DNA from: Octopus vulgaris
Lineage: Eukaryota
Assembly (NCBI GenBank): GCA_951406725.2
Contig: OX597822.1
Location: 7,812,001 to 7,876,000, forward strand
Length of the DNA: 64,000 nucleotides
Reading direction: 5' to 3'
Shown piece after piece: positions 63,361 through 64,000 of this stretch. Both the position numbers and the translations under genes were made by a program. Each line of letters begins with the position of its first letter. Position 1 is the stretch's first letter. A model generated the notes under the pieces. The model did not search any database and was not told the origin of the DNA. It worked only from the letters and a program-made list of their open reading frames with translations.

Positions 63361-64000
63361 TCTCTGTTTCTTTCCCAGACTATGTTATTATGATAATTAA
63401 TAATGTGTCAAACGTGTCAGTTAGCGGTGTCATTGATAATGTTCCCTTACCTTAATGACACCGGTGACATTAAAATGTATTCTCACCCTCAAATTAGAGA
63501 AACAGACACTCATAACTGTTTTTTTAAAACTTCTTTGCATGATATTGATACCATGAAATTCGTCGAATTGAGCTCTTAAATATAGTTTTTTTTTTATAAA
63601 TGAAAACGTTAATCATACTTAAATCCAATTTCATATCTTACTTATATTTTTTCATATTTTACCTCGTAACTTTTTTGATTCAAAAGTTTGTTGCATGAAT
63701 ACAAAACTATGAACTCCGTTATGCTTCCTTCTATCGTTGAAGCTACGATACATTTTCATTTCCTTTACAATAAAAAATGTTATTCAGATCTGAATTTGAT
63801 GTTGTAAACATATTAATGAGGAAGACATATTATTTCGTAGCATCTAATTATTTCATTTTACAACTTGGGTTTTACCAAGAATAATCAATGTTTTTTGTTC
63901 ATTAAGAGTTTTTTCGTCGATTGTAAACTAACCAATAATCTGGAACATTTTGCGAAATGCTAGATATTATCCACCTGCAATTAAGGGCTAATATATGTTA

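Overview
This is an AT-rich, repeat-dense eukaryotic window, most likely from an octopod cephalopod. That assignment is inferred from the SINE and microsatellite landscape and was not verified. I see no intact protein-coding gene, rRNA, genuine tRNA or CRISPR array, and nearly all listed ORFs are microsatellite or SINE artefacts. Recognisable content: several tRNA-derived SINE families, Penelope-like retroelement (PLE) fragments with minimal hammerhead-ribozyme motifs, R4/Dong-type RLE LINE fragments inside (TAA)n, two mariner relics, a piggyBac relic, Helitron pieces, a probable Gypsy relic, and several long palindromes inside (TA)n. The main hidden signal is in the unique-looking DNA between the repeats. 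Read on the minus strand across frameshifts, it repeatedly gives LRR, LRRCT, transmembrane/juxtamembrane and TIR-like motifs in Toll-like-receptor order. This suggests a head-to-tail array of roughly 10 heavily decayed TLR-like pseudogenes. The reading is by eye and needs frameshift-aware alignment to confirm.
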